Shown here one piece after another: positions 1 to 11,140 of a DNA stretch of 64,000 bases. The notes under the pieces were generated by a model. That model made no database searches and was not told the DNA's origin. It saw nothing but the letters and a program-made list of their open reading frames with translations. A program made the position numbers and the translations under genes. Position 1 is the first letter of the stretch; every line of letters starts with the position of its first letter. Origin of the DNA: the human T2T-CHM13v2.0 reference genome, Homo sapiens; NCBI RefSeq assembly GCF_009914755.1, contig NC_060925.1; one strand, 5' to 3'.

Positions 1-950
1 AAAGCAAGAGAGATCAGATTGTCACTGTGTCTGTGTAGAAAGAAGTAGACATGGGAGACTCCATTTTGTTATGTCCTAAGAAAAATTCTTCTGCCTTGAG
101 ATTCTGTGACCTTACCCCCAACCCCATGCTCTCTGAAACATGTGCTGTGTCAAACTCAGGGTCAAATGGATTAAGGGTTGTGCAAGATGTGCTTTGTTAA
201 ACAGATGCTTGAAGGCAGCACGCTCCTTAAGAGTCACCACCACTCCCTAATCTCAAGTACCCAGGGACACAAAAACTGCGGAAGGCCGCAGGGACCTCTG
301 CCTAGGAAAGCCAGGTATTGTCCAAGGTTTCTCCCCATGTGATAGTCTGAAATATGGCCTCGTGGGAAGGGAAAGACCTGACCGTCCCCCAGCCCGACAC
401 CCGTAAAGGGTCTGTGCTGAGGAGGATTAGTATAAGAGGAAGGCATGCCTCTTGCAGTTGAGATAAGAGGAAGGCATCTGTCTCCTGCCCGTCCCTGGGC
501 AATGGAATGTCTCGGTATAAAACCCGATTGTACGTTCCATCTACTGAGATAGGGAAAAACCGCCTTAGGGCTGGAGGTGGGACAGGCGGGCAGCAATACT
601 GCTTTGTAAAGCATTGAGATGTTTATGTGTATGCATATCTAAAAGCACAGCACTTAATCCTTTACCTTGTCTATGATGCAAAGACCTTTGTTCACGTGTT
701 TGTCTGCTGACCCTCTCCCCACTATTGTCTTGTGACCCTGACACATCCCCCTCTCGGAGAAACACCGACGAATGAATAAATACTAAGGGAACTCAGAGGC
801 TGGCGGGATCCTCCATATGCTGAACGCTGGTCCCCCGGGTCCCCTTATTTCTTTCTCTATACTTTGTCTCTGTGTCTTTTTCTTTCCTAAGTCTCTCGTT
901 CCACCTTACGAGAAACACCCACAGGTGTGGAGGGGCAACCCACCCCTTCA
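1..950 (+). mobile_element. HERV-K(HML-2) LTR, LTR5_Hs type (solo or 3' LTR; first ~8 nt lie before the window)
   Basis: Close match to the LTR5_Hs sequence from AAAGCAAGAGAGATCAGATTG to GGGGCAACCCACCCCTTCA (950). TATAAAA at 516-522, ATGCAAAG at 676-683, AATAAA at 775-780. No primer-binding site follows the terminal CA. Confidence 0.96.
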
Positions 951-1515
951 CTGTAACATGAAGCTATTTATAATGCTCACCTCACTGTCTTCTTGAGAGA
1001 TGGAAATAAGATGATGCATGTATGTTCTCACTTACTTGTGGTATTTAAAAATCCAAACAATTGAACTCATGGAGATAGAGAATAGACGGATGGTCACCAG
1101 AGGCTGGGAAGGGCAATGGGGCTGCGGGGGAGAGGTGGGGATGGTTCATGGGTACAAAAAAGCAATAGAAAGAATGAATAAGACCTAGTATTTGATAGCA
1201 CAACAGGGGGACTATCGTCAATAATAATTTAATTGTACATTTAAAAATAATTAAAAGTGTGTATATGGATTGTTTGTAACACAAAGGATAAATGCTTGAG
1301 GGGATGGATAACCAATTTTCCAGGATGTGATTTTTACACATTGCATGCCTGTACCAAACTATCTCATGTACCCCATAAATATATTAAATATATACCTACT
1401 ATGTGCCCACAAACAATTAAAAATAAAAACAATTAAAAAAAAGACGATGCAGTAAAATACTTACCATGGTGTCGGGTGCAAAGTAGGTACTCAACAAACA
1501 GTAGCTGTTAGTATT
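951..1515 (+). mobile_element. MIR 3' half, interrupted by an L1MA fragment
   Basis: CTGTAACATG...CACCTCAC...AAATAAGATGATGCATG resumes after the L1 as GTAAAATACTTA...GTAGGTACTCAACAAACAGTAGCTGTTAGTATTA, matching the MIR core and tail. Confidence 0.65.
1021..1440 (+). mobile_element. 5'-truncated L1MA (early L1MA type) 3' end
   Basis: ATGTTCTCACTTA...GAACTCATGGAGATAGAG...ACCAGAGGCTGGGAAGGG...A-rich tail. Target-site duplication (TSD) AAGATGATGCA (1008-1018) / AAGACGATGCA (1441-1451). Confidence 0.88.
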
Positions 1516-3400
1516 AGGATTGTAGCTGATCCCAGAAGGAAAGTTGGCTTTGGCTCCCTATTCTAGCCCTACCACCCTCATAGGGGATGTCTGCACTGAG
1601 GCTGGTGTCTCTCTCTCTCTCTTCTGTGTGTGTGTATGTGTGTGGGAGGAAGTTGCTGTTTATTCCTCACTCCACTCTCTGCTAGAGGGAGGGAAAGATT
1701 TGGAGATCAATTCAGTGAAGGCAGGTAAGCTTCAAATACCTCTGAATGACTTGCAATTTATTCATCAGTTTCCTCGAAAACATCATGTCCTGTTCCTCTC
1801 AACCCCATTCTTGAATTTTTCACATTCAACCAGGCAGTGTCCCTTGACTGGGGTAATTTCAAGCAATCCTCTCTGTTCCAGCACCTTTGAGAGACAGATC
1901 TTATTGTGTCCACTTCACAGGTTGAGGAATCTATGCTTGTGTAACCCCTGCTCCCCTCTACCTCTCTCCAATGGGCAAGGCTGTGTCCCCAGGCCCTGCT
2001 CCAATCTGCCCTGCCCTAATCTGGGGCATAGTTGTGTGTAGAGACCCCATATGGGTGGGTCTCAGAGGAGCGCTATCAAAAGGGTGGCCACCTGGAAGGT
2101 AGAGAGAGAGCCCTCGACTTGGCATTGGAATCCCCTGCCTAATCCCAGCTCTGAGTCCCTGAGAGACCTCCTGGGATTCTATTTCCCCACCTGACAATAA
2201 GGGAATTGTACCAGATGATCTCTAGTATAAATGCTGTTCCAGACTGAAAAACAAGTAGAAAAGAATGAACTTTGGGTTGAAAAATGGGGACTAAACCTTG
2301 TTTAGGAGAACACAGGGTCCAGAGAGAGAGGATCATGAGAGCAGGGACCAGCTCCCTGAGGAAGAGCTCCCAAGGTCCGGGAGAAACTGCAGCAGACATG
2401 GTGGGGAAAAAGTAACAAGATCAATAGCAAACCCCAAACCTGGGGTGGCAGAGTGTTGGGGGTTTATGGGGGAGCTTGGGCATCGGAATCCCTTCAACAA
2501 GCTCGAGAGGTAAGGACAACGACCCCATTGTACAGATGAGTCAGGTGTGCCCTGAGGGGGAAGCAGCTCCCTGGAGATGCGGGCCAGGACTTGAACCTGA
2601 GTCTCTGCTTGGTGCCCTGTCCTCCCTGTGTGCAGGGTAGGAACTCAGAGGGCCTGTTCTGGGGCCAGGAGAATTGGTGGTGGTGGTGGTGGTTGTTGGT
2701 GGGGTGCGTTGATTTGTTCCCATCCATACAGAGCCACTGAGATGTGGGTTTGCATGGCTAGGTAGTGAGCATCCCATCTGTGAAGCGGGCAGGACCAACA
2801 TCACTGCACCCACAGCACTCCTTGCCAGTCGGGGTTTGGAGCGCCAGGGCCTCCGGGAGGAGGCTGGTTTGCACCCAGGGCTGGGGCTGCATGGTGTCTT
2901 CAGGCCTCACTACCACCCCTGTGGGGTGCACAGTGGGGCTCCACTTTTCGCAGTGGAGGCTCTCAAAGGTGAAGGCGGACCCAGGCTCACTCAGCTGGGG
3001 AAGTGCAGATTCAGGGCAGGCCCAGAGCCCCAACCCAGCCCCTCTGAGCTCTCATCCTGAGCAAGGCAGTGAGGTGGATGCACATGTCTGCCGCCACGCC
3101 TGCTGCTCCCCGCTCTCCAGCACCCGGATGGTTCAGCAGTGATTGTTTTATTACTTAAGTCACATCCAATAATTTTTACTCCTTTGGCTGGACGTTGAGA
3201 AATGGTCTCAGCCACCGGGGTGGAAGGTGAATGAGGTATTGCTGGAGAAGAGGGAAAAAGGATCAGTTCGATAGAGGCTGAAGTGGTCCAGGATGCAGAG
3301 AAAGACCAGAGGCCAAAGAGGCCGGCCAGGGGTCAGGACAGTGGGCTTCCAGCTCAGCAACCTCATCACCAAATCCTTTGTGACTTGGGCAGGCCCATGA

Positions 3401-3652
<252 letters not shown>

Positions 3653-3705
3653 TAGTCCTGCTCAGTGCTGCCTCCCCTCCCTTGGACATAGTGCTGAGGA
3701 AATGG

Positions 3706-3800
3706 ATATTTATTCATCCAACAAGTATGTATTGAGCACTGACTGCATACCAGGGCTTATCCTGTGGGGATCCTGTGGAAAAGGGGGAACGGGACTCCTG
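3706..3800 (-). mobile_element. L2 3' end fragment
   Basis: ATTCATCCAACAAGTATGTATTGAGCACTGACTG, the reverse complement of the L2 terminal motif. Confidence 0.6.
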
Positions 3801-4257
3801 GTCTCAGAGAACTTCCCTTCCCAAGGTGGAGAAGGAGGATAGGAAACAAGTGGAAACATCACTGGACAAGACACCTGATAGTGGCCGTGGAGACGAACCC
3901 ACGTGACGGGTGACAGACCAGGAGGGGAAACATGCCTGTTTGGGTGGTGGGTCAGGGCTAGCTTCTGTGAGGAGGCGACACAGAGCTGGGCCCAAATGGA
4001 CAAACCTGGAGGGTGCAAAGATGGAGACTATGATGACCAACCCTCCTGGTTTGTCCAGGACTGAGAGGTTTCCTGGGATGCAGGGCATTTGGTGATAAGA
4101 CCAGGACAGTCCTAGGAAAAAGTGGGATGTGTTCATCACCCTAATAGAGACACGCATGGCCCTTGAGGAGCTTGTGGTTGGGTGAGGCTGACAGGCCCCC
4201 AGACAGCTACTCTTAATAGGGTAGGGAGGGCCCGGCTGGAGGTGAGCAGAGGAGGGG

Positions 4258-4470
4258 CTGTGTGCCCAGACCTGTGCCAAGTGCTTTACACATATTAACT
4301 CATTTAATCAACAACGCTGTGGTGAGGGCACCGTCACCATCCCCATTTTACAGATGCAGAAGCTGAGGCACAGCAAGATTAAGTAGCTTGCCCAAATGAC
4401 ACACTGGGAAGTGGTAGAGCCTAGATTTCAACCAGCCAGGCTGACTCTGGAGGCTGAACCCTTCACTACT
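4258..4470 (-). mobile_element. MIR
   Basis: CCCCATTTTACAGATG...CTGAGGCACAG...AAGTAGCTTGCCCAA core. Confidence 0.85.
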
Positions 4471-5830
4471 TCACGCCGCTGCTGCTGCCGTGATAGTAGC
4501 AGCCAACCTGTATGGAGCTCCTCCTGTCTGCCAGGTGCTGGGCTAAGCACTTACAGGCCTCCTCTCCTCCACTCCTCTCCTTCACCCTTGGAGGTGGCTG
4601 TTTTTTGCCTTGTCTTTTCAGTCTCATATTTTTGTCCCAAGGACAGATGCAAGGTTGGGGTCCAGAGTGGTCAAGGAAGGGGCTCCAGGTCACATGATGT
4701 CAGCACCTGACCCCCAGTGACAGAGGCCTGGGGATCCAGGGCTTAGCATTCCCAGATGATTGGGAAGAAAACTGGAGAACAGAAGAAACATGACATATTT
4801 CCTTTCACAGAGAATACGCCTGTCTGAAGAGGCTCCTGTAAGACCCACTGTGCTCGTGGTGGAAACCCAGGTATCTGGCAGGTGGTGCTGCCAGCCAGCC
4901 AGAACCCTCCTTCTCCTCCCAGAGCTATTGAGTGTGGCCCCTGAACTGGTGGACACAGTCTCCCTGACTTGGGCACAGATTGAGATAGAGAGTCCTGTGC
5001 TGGGCTCCCAGAGAGTGAGTGATGGCTGCGCCCAATGGATATTCTACAGGAAAACATGAGGCCTGATTCCCAGAAGAAAGCCCAGGCCACAGACAAATGA
5101 CAGAGACATGCAGGGGTGTGGCTGGGAGTGAGCAGATGATGAGTGGTCAGACAGGCCACTGTTTGCAGCCTCATCTTGTGCTCAATGGCAGGGCTGGTGG
5201 GTGGCTTACAAGTGTAGGTCACACCTGGACAGCCCCGAGGTTAGTTTCCTCAACGGTGAGAACAACAGGACAATCATAGTGGTGGTGGGAGGTGGGGGAA
5301 CATGGGTGGCATTAGTGGCTCCAGATTTGGTGGGCCGTAAACAGGGCAGTGAGTTGGTCTGGTGGGCGCTTTAGGAAAATGTGGCTTTAATGTGGACAAC
5401 GGGCAAGACAGTACCCCGAGACATGTTTGCAGAGCTGCTCTCTCTCGAGCTCCTATTTTCGTTGCCTCCTCCCATCTTTGTTACATGGAAAGATCAACTT
5501 ATTCTTATTCCTCAAAATAGCTACTCTTGTCACTGACCCCAGCTGTTGAGTTGGCTAAGAACTGTCCAAGGGGCGAAACCTGAGGAGGCTGCGTGGGTGA
5601 CTGGCTCAGGGGCAGGCAGATGGAGTCTGAGGGGCCTGTTGAGTCTGGATGCACAGATTTGGGCTGCCCTTAGCCTAGTGCTCAGGGCCCCAGGGCAGGG
5701 CTGGGAGTCAGCTATAGATAGAGCACAAGTAACAAGAGTTTGAGGGGCTGAAGACAGGTCTAAACTGAGTCCATGCGCTTGACTTTCATTGGCTGGGGGA
5801 GCTGTGCAAAGCCACGCCCTTGGAGAGGCT

Positions 5831-6053
5831 CCTTTCCTTCCCTCCCTCCCTCCTTGTTTCCTTCCTTCTTTCCTTCCTTCCTTCCTTCTTTCCATCCTTC
5901 CCTCTTTCCCTTCCTCCATCCCTTCTTTCTTTTGTCTTCTTTCTTTCCTTCCTTCCTTCTTTCCCTCCTTCCCTCTTTCCCTTCCTCCATTCCTTCTTTC
6001 TTTTGTCTTCTTTCCTTCCTTCCTTCTTTTTCTTTTTCTTTCTCTTCTTTCTT

Positions 6054-6101
<48 letters not shown>

Positions 6102-6120
6102 TCTCTCTCTCTCTCTTCTC
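5831..6120. repeat. Polypyrimidine (CCTT)n/(CT)n simple repeat with an internal duplicated unit
   Basis: About 290 bp of almost pure C/T. CCCTCTTTCCCTTCCTCCAT..CTTCTTTCTTTTGTCTTCTTTC occurs twice, and the tract ends in (CT)n. Confidence 0.95.
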
Positions 6121-7754
6121 TGAAGGCCCCATTACTTACCACCAAGAACTGCAGACCCTTTCATGAGCTGAAGCTCCAGCAGCTCCCCAGGCAAGCTTGC
6201 AGAGCTGTTCTCTCTGTCTCCTATTTCTGTCACTTCCTCTCATCTTCATTATATGGAAAGATCAGCTTATTCTTTCTGGTTCCTCCTTTCTTCCCCTCTC
6301 CATAGCCCATTCTCCTGACTTGGCATCATGTGCACACATGCACACATACATCAGAAACCATCTTGCAAAGATAATATTCTCATTTAGAAGGCAGGGGAAG
6401 GGGAGAAGCTGAGTGGGGAAAGATAACATTCTTGTGTATGTGTGTATGTGTAAATGGTTGAAATATGCACAGGATAATAAATCAATTCCTGCCACGGTAG
6501 GTTATCAACAAGTGCCTAGGAAAGTCCCTGCAGCCCTGAAATGCTGTGATTCTATGAATTTTAAGATGTCAGACCTCAAGGAGATGGGATGAGTAAAAAG
6601 CCATCACTCCACCAACGCTTCCTAGATACTACCAACTCTGCAGGCCTCAGGCCACTGGAGAACAGTCTCAGGTGTGCCAGTGTTGCTTCTTATCAGAGGA
6701 GAGAGGGACTGGGAGGAGGGCCATCAGCCTCACCAAGACTCTTATCCTAATGGCTCTCCTCCTCGCCCCTCAGTTACTGGGCACCATCTTGTTTCTCGAA
6801 TCTCCCCCAGGACCTCGGCTGCAGCCGAATCTGTGGCACAGACTCACTGGTGAATTTGCAGCCAGTGGAGGAGGGATGTGCTGAAGAAATCACTGCCCAT
6901 ATCATTAATTCATCACAATTGGAGTGAGTGCCAGGCAAGAGGGGGCTCTGATGCTTTGAAAGAGGCCGAATAATACAGAGACTTGACTTGCCCCAAGGAG
7001 GTAAGAAGAGCCACAGGGACCAGGAGAGGAATCCAGGCAGAGAAGGGCATGTGTAAAGGCCCTGTGGTGGGCGGGAGCCCGGTGCATTCTGGGAGACTGA
7101 GAGAGAAGGCCCCAGTTGCTGAAGGCAGAGGCTGAAGAATGAGGAGGGGTCAGGATGAAGGGTCCTGGGGATCTTCCTACCCTGGCCCCGCAGCTGTGTT
7201 ATCCCTTCACCAACCACGTGCTTCGAGGGCTCTCTCTGTGCCTAGTCCTGTGCTGGACATTAAAACTCCTGAGGATGGGGGCAGGAGTGACAAAGACCTC
7301 TCCAGGCTGACCAAGCTCCCCAACCACAGCCTCTGAGTCTGCTCTTGGCCCATGCTCCTGATGTTCTGCTGACTCTGAAGAGGACTGGTCTCTTCAGACA
7401 AAGAGGTTGGAGGTGCCCTCACCTGGAAGCAGGAAGGATGATTGCCACCTTCTCCAGCCACACCTCCTTAAAGGGCCCTGGAGCACATTAGTCAACTCTC
7501 ACTTAGGCAGAGCGTGCCCCTCTCACACGGTGCCATCAAATGCCTCCCCATGAGCAGGAGAGGTACCTTGGCAGGTACCACAGGGGGAGTGCTGTGCAAG
7601 TGAGGACTCCACCTCACTCTCTGCCTCTCAATCAGACCAGACTGGAAAGGCCACCTTGACTCCCCCACTCCTAATCATGCAACGGGGAGGTGTCTGATGT
7701 TGCCTGTGGGTCTGACCCCCAGGCAAGCACATTGTCTGTGCACAGTGGATGCTC

Positions 7755-8240
7755 TGGCTGTCCCTGACATTTGGGGGGCCCAGGGCAAGAGCACAAATGG
7801 ATGCCCACATTTCCAAATATTTAAAACGATAAACCAAATCAACAAACTGGTGAATAAAGGATGTCCTACCCTCCTCCTTTAACAAATGCAATTTTATAAC
7901 AACGTAGGAGGCCAGTTTTGAGTTTAAAGTCTTCAGGCCCCTGAGTTCCCACCCTAGATGTGGAGATGCAGGGAGAACCGGACTTAGCCCCTCCTTGGTC
8001 CGCCACCTTCTCTTCTTACCTCAGGTCCCTCCCACACCTCAAGGGCCTCTCATGCATGTGGACACCAGTGCATGCATTCAAACTCTTTTCACACCCCCAC
8101 CCCCACCCAGGCCTGTGTGCCCACCCGCAGCACACGCCACCCTCAGGAGGATGGACCCAGTGACAAGGCCCACTTGGGCTTGGGAAGTCGGCTTTGGGAT
8201 ATCTGGGCAGGGAGTGCTGCAGTCTCAGGTACCCAAACTA
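7755..8240 (+). mobile_element. hAT-Tip100 DNA transposon remnant (MER115/Zaphod-like)
   Basis: CCCTGACATTTGGGGGGCCCAGGGCAAGAGCACAAATGGATGCCCACAT...AAATATTTAAAA resembles the recalled MER115 5' end. Confidence 0.6.
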
Positions 8241-8920
8241 TTGTCTAAATTGGGGGTTAGTTTCCAAAGGTCATGTCCTTTTGGCCACACAGATTCCTCA
8301 TCTTATGAGGAGAGGCATGGCCAGAGGAGGAGCAGAGCAGAATTTGAGGAACAGTCATCAAATTCTGAGACCCAGGGCAAGGATCCATCTTGGCCAGGTC
8401 TGAGGATGGTGTGAAATCAGCCCTGATCCACTTGCCAGGCTGTCTGCCTGGCTTTGCAGTGGGATAAACCCAAGAGGCTGGACCAAGCCACTAGCAAGAG
8501 TAAGACTCACAGACCCCATGCCAAGACCGTGGACCAGAGATAGGACCCGAGTTAGGGCATGGAGGCCCAAGGGTAGAGTTGGATAGAGAAGGGGACTGGG
8601 CTCCAGAGAGTTGGACAGGTAAGATACAGGTAGGGTTTTACCTGCCTGCCTTATGGGGCTTGACGGACCCAGCCAGACTTCAACCATTTCACTCACGAAG
8701 CCATGAACACCAGTCAGGAGCAGGTAATTAATTGCAGACAGAACTCCAGGAAAACAATTCAACCTCCACCATGATGGCCCCGTGCCCTTGCCTGGATTTA
8801 CCCACTCACACTCAACCCTATTCCACACCACAATGAATGCTTTTTCCAAGCGTCATCTTTTCAGGAGTTTGTGATTTTTCCTGAATTCATCTCCCCTAGC
8901 AAATCTTTTACAAGAAGGAA

Positions 8921-9324
8921 TGTCAGTCAGCTTGGGCTGCTAGAACAAAGTACCATGGACTGGATGGCTGAAGCAACAGAAACTAATTTTCTCACAGCTC
9001 TGGAGGCTGCAAATCCCAGATCGGGGTACCAGCAGGGTTGGGTTCTAGTGAGGGCTCTCTTCCTGGCTTGCAGATGGCCGCCTTCTTGCTATGTCCTCAC
9101 ATGGCAGAGACTGAGAAAGAGGGAGTGCAAGAGAGAGAAGGAGAGCACACACAAGCTCCCTGGAGTCTCTTCTTATAAGGGCACTAACCCCATCATGAGG
9201 CCCCACCCTCATGACCTCATCTAAATCTAATTACCTTCCAAAGCCTCATCTCCAAATACCATCGCATTGAGGGTTATGGCTGCAACGTAGGAATTTTTGG
9301 GGGCACACAATTGAGTCCATAGCA
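8921..9324 (-). mobile_element. MLT1A-type MaLR solo LTR
   Basis: Ends AGTCCATAGCA (reverse complement TGCTATGGACT). Contains CTCTTCTTATAAGGGCACTAA and CCCACCCTCATGACCTCATCTAA. Flanks AGGAA/ATGAA resemble a 5-bp TSD. Confidence 0.88.
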
Positions 9325-9503
9325 ATGAACACAGGCTGCTCTCATTCAGAAGAAGAGAAAGGAAACAGGTAACAGATGGTGGAGTGGACACTGCTTTGAA
9401 CATAATGTGGCTTGAAAGGAGGAGCCACGTTTTCTCAGGTAGTTGTTGTTAATAATCCCCCCATACATGGGGACAGAGTGTTTGTTTATAAAGAAGATAT
9501 TGT

Positions 9504-9544
9504 GACAGAGTGAGACTCTGTCTCAAAAAAAAAAAAAGGAGAAG
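9504..9544 (+). mobile_element. Extremely 5'-truncated Alu (about 21 nt plus A-rich tail)
   Basis: GACAGAGTGAGACTCTGTCTC plus poly(A), between perfect direct repeats AAGAAGATATTGT (9491-9503, 9545-9557). Confidence 0.85.
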
Positions 9545-9809
9545 AAGAAGATATTGTCTTCCATGAGATTTTCATGTGAACAGAAAAATCCATTTTCACA
9601 TAGAGCCAGACCTGCCCTGTCAAAGCTGGATGGGGAGGGAGAGAGAGGTGTTTGGGGGCTGGAGAAGAATAGCTGTGGACCGGTGAATCCTGGAAGGGGC
9701 AGCCACAGCAAATGAGCTGTGGGAATAACAACCCCTTCTGTGGGTCCAGACGTCACTGTCTAAAGTCCCCTTCAGACCCCCCAGCTTGGGGCGACACCTA
9801 CTGCCTTTG

Positions 9810-10040
9810 ATGGAGCAAGTTTTCTGTGCCAGGTCCTGTGCAAGGCACTTTATGAGGATTATCTCCCAGTGTCCTCACCATAACTCGGAGGGAGGTGCTA
9901 TTATTATCCCCATTTTGCAGAAGAAGAAACTGAGGCTCAGGGAAAGAGAGGAACCTGCCCCGCATCACACGGCCAGAGGCAGTGAAGCAGGACACGAGTC
10001 CCAGATGTGTGACTGGGGAGCCCACAATCCTGACCCCTGG
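9810..10040 (-). mobile_element. MIR
   Basis: TATTATCCCCATTTTGCAGAAGAAGAAACTGAGGCTCAG core. Confidence 0.85.
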
Positions 10041-10719
10041 GGTGTCCTGACCGGGGGTTGGGGAGGGAGCCCGTCTATCAGGAGCTGGGCTGAGCATGTT
10101 ACCTGTTAAAGGTTATCTCACTCCCCACTGCAGTCCTTGGAGGGGACATTCTTATCCCCATCCCTGGCTCAGAGCAGTGAGGTCACTGGCCACCCGGGGC
10201 CATGGAGCCCTGTGCTTGGAAGAGGGTCAAATTCCCTCCACTCACTCCATACCCAGGGGCTCTTCCCTGCAGAGAGTGGCCCCCGGGACACGGCGTTTCT
10301 CGAGCACCCTGCCCCTCTCTCCTTCCTGTGCCTGCCAGCACTCAGCCTCCCACCCCTCACCCTGGTGCTGCTGTCCAGCCCCCTCCTGGGCTTGCTCTGC
10401 TTCCAGGCCCCCTGCTGGGCTCACCTACCATTACTGCAGCATCTCTGCCTGGTCTGAGAGGAGTCCCTGCTGCTGGGCTAATGGGAGAGAGGCTGGTTCA
10501 CCCCTTCCAGGCAGTGTGAGCTTTAACAGGTGCTCGCAGAGACAGCGCACTCCACTGCAGTGGCCACATACCGCTTCTTAAGAGTTGGACCTGGGCTATC
10601 ATGTTATCCAGAGGCACGATGGCCTGTTCAGGGGACAGAGTTGGTGGGAGAGAATGAGTCCTTTATTCTTCCTGGGCTGCTTGGGGTGTGTCCAGCTTAG
10701 TCCCTGACTTGCTATGTGG

Positions 10720-11140
10720 CTGCTATTGCTATTGTAATGCTGTCTAACACCACCTCCAGGACAGTAGCTGACTGCAGTAGGCATTTATTTTTCCTGCTCT
10801 CAGGTGTGGGGATTGACCAGGGCAGCTCCATTCCAGGTTCAAGTTGGGGTAGGGGCTGGCTCTAGGCTGGGCCAGGCTTTGGTCTGCCCCATGTGTCGCT
10901 CATCTTCTGTGGGTTGTGGCTCCCGAGGTCGTGTTCTTCTCATCAAAAATGGCACCAGGCCAAGAGAGTGAGCAGATGCTTCTTCAGGACCTGGTTCAGA
11001 ATTGGCAACTGTCACCTCCACTCACATTCTCTTGGCCCAAACAAGTCACATAGCCAAGCTCTTCTACACCAGTAGGGCAGAGAAATATACTCTGCCTCAA
11101 GAGGGAGGACAGTGAATATTTGCTGAAAGAAATCTAAACT
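10720..11140 (-). mobile_element. Old MaLR LTR (MLT1I/J-like)
   Basis: CACATTCTCTTGGCCCAAACAAGTCACATAGCCAAGC...GGGCAGAGAAATATACTCTGCC...GTGAATATTTGCTGAA. Confidence 0.65.

Noticed and set aside
234-765. Minus-strand ORFs within the HERV-K LTR
   Set aside because: Incidental frames in LTR sequence; not Rec, Np9 or Env.
5530-6305. Overlapping 116-200 aa ORFs rich in E/R/K/G or S/F/L/P
   Set aside because: They are translations of the (CCTT)n/(CT)n tract, which lacks stop codons.
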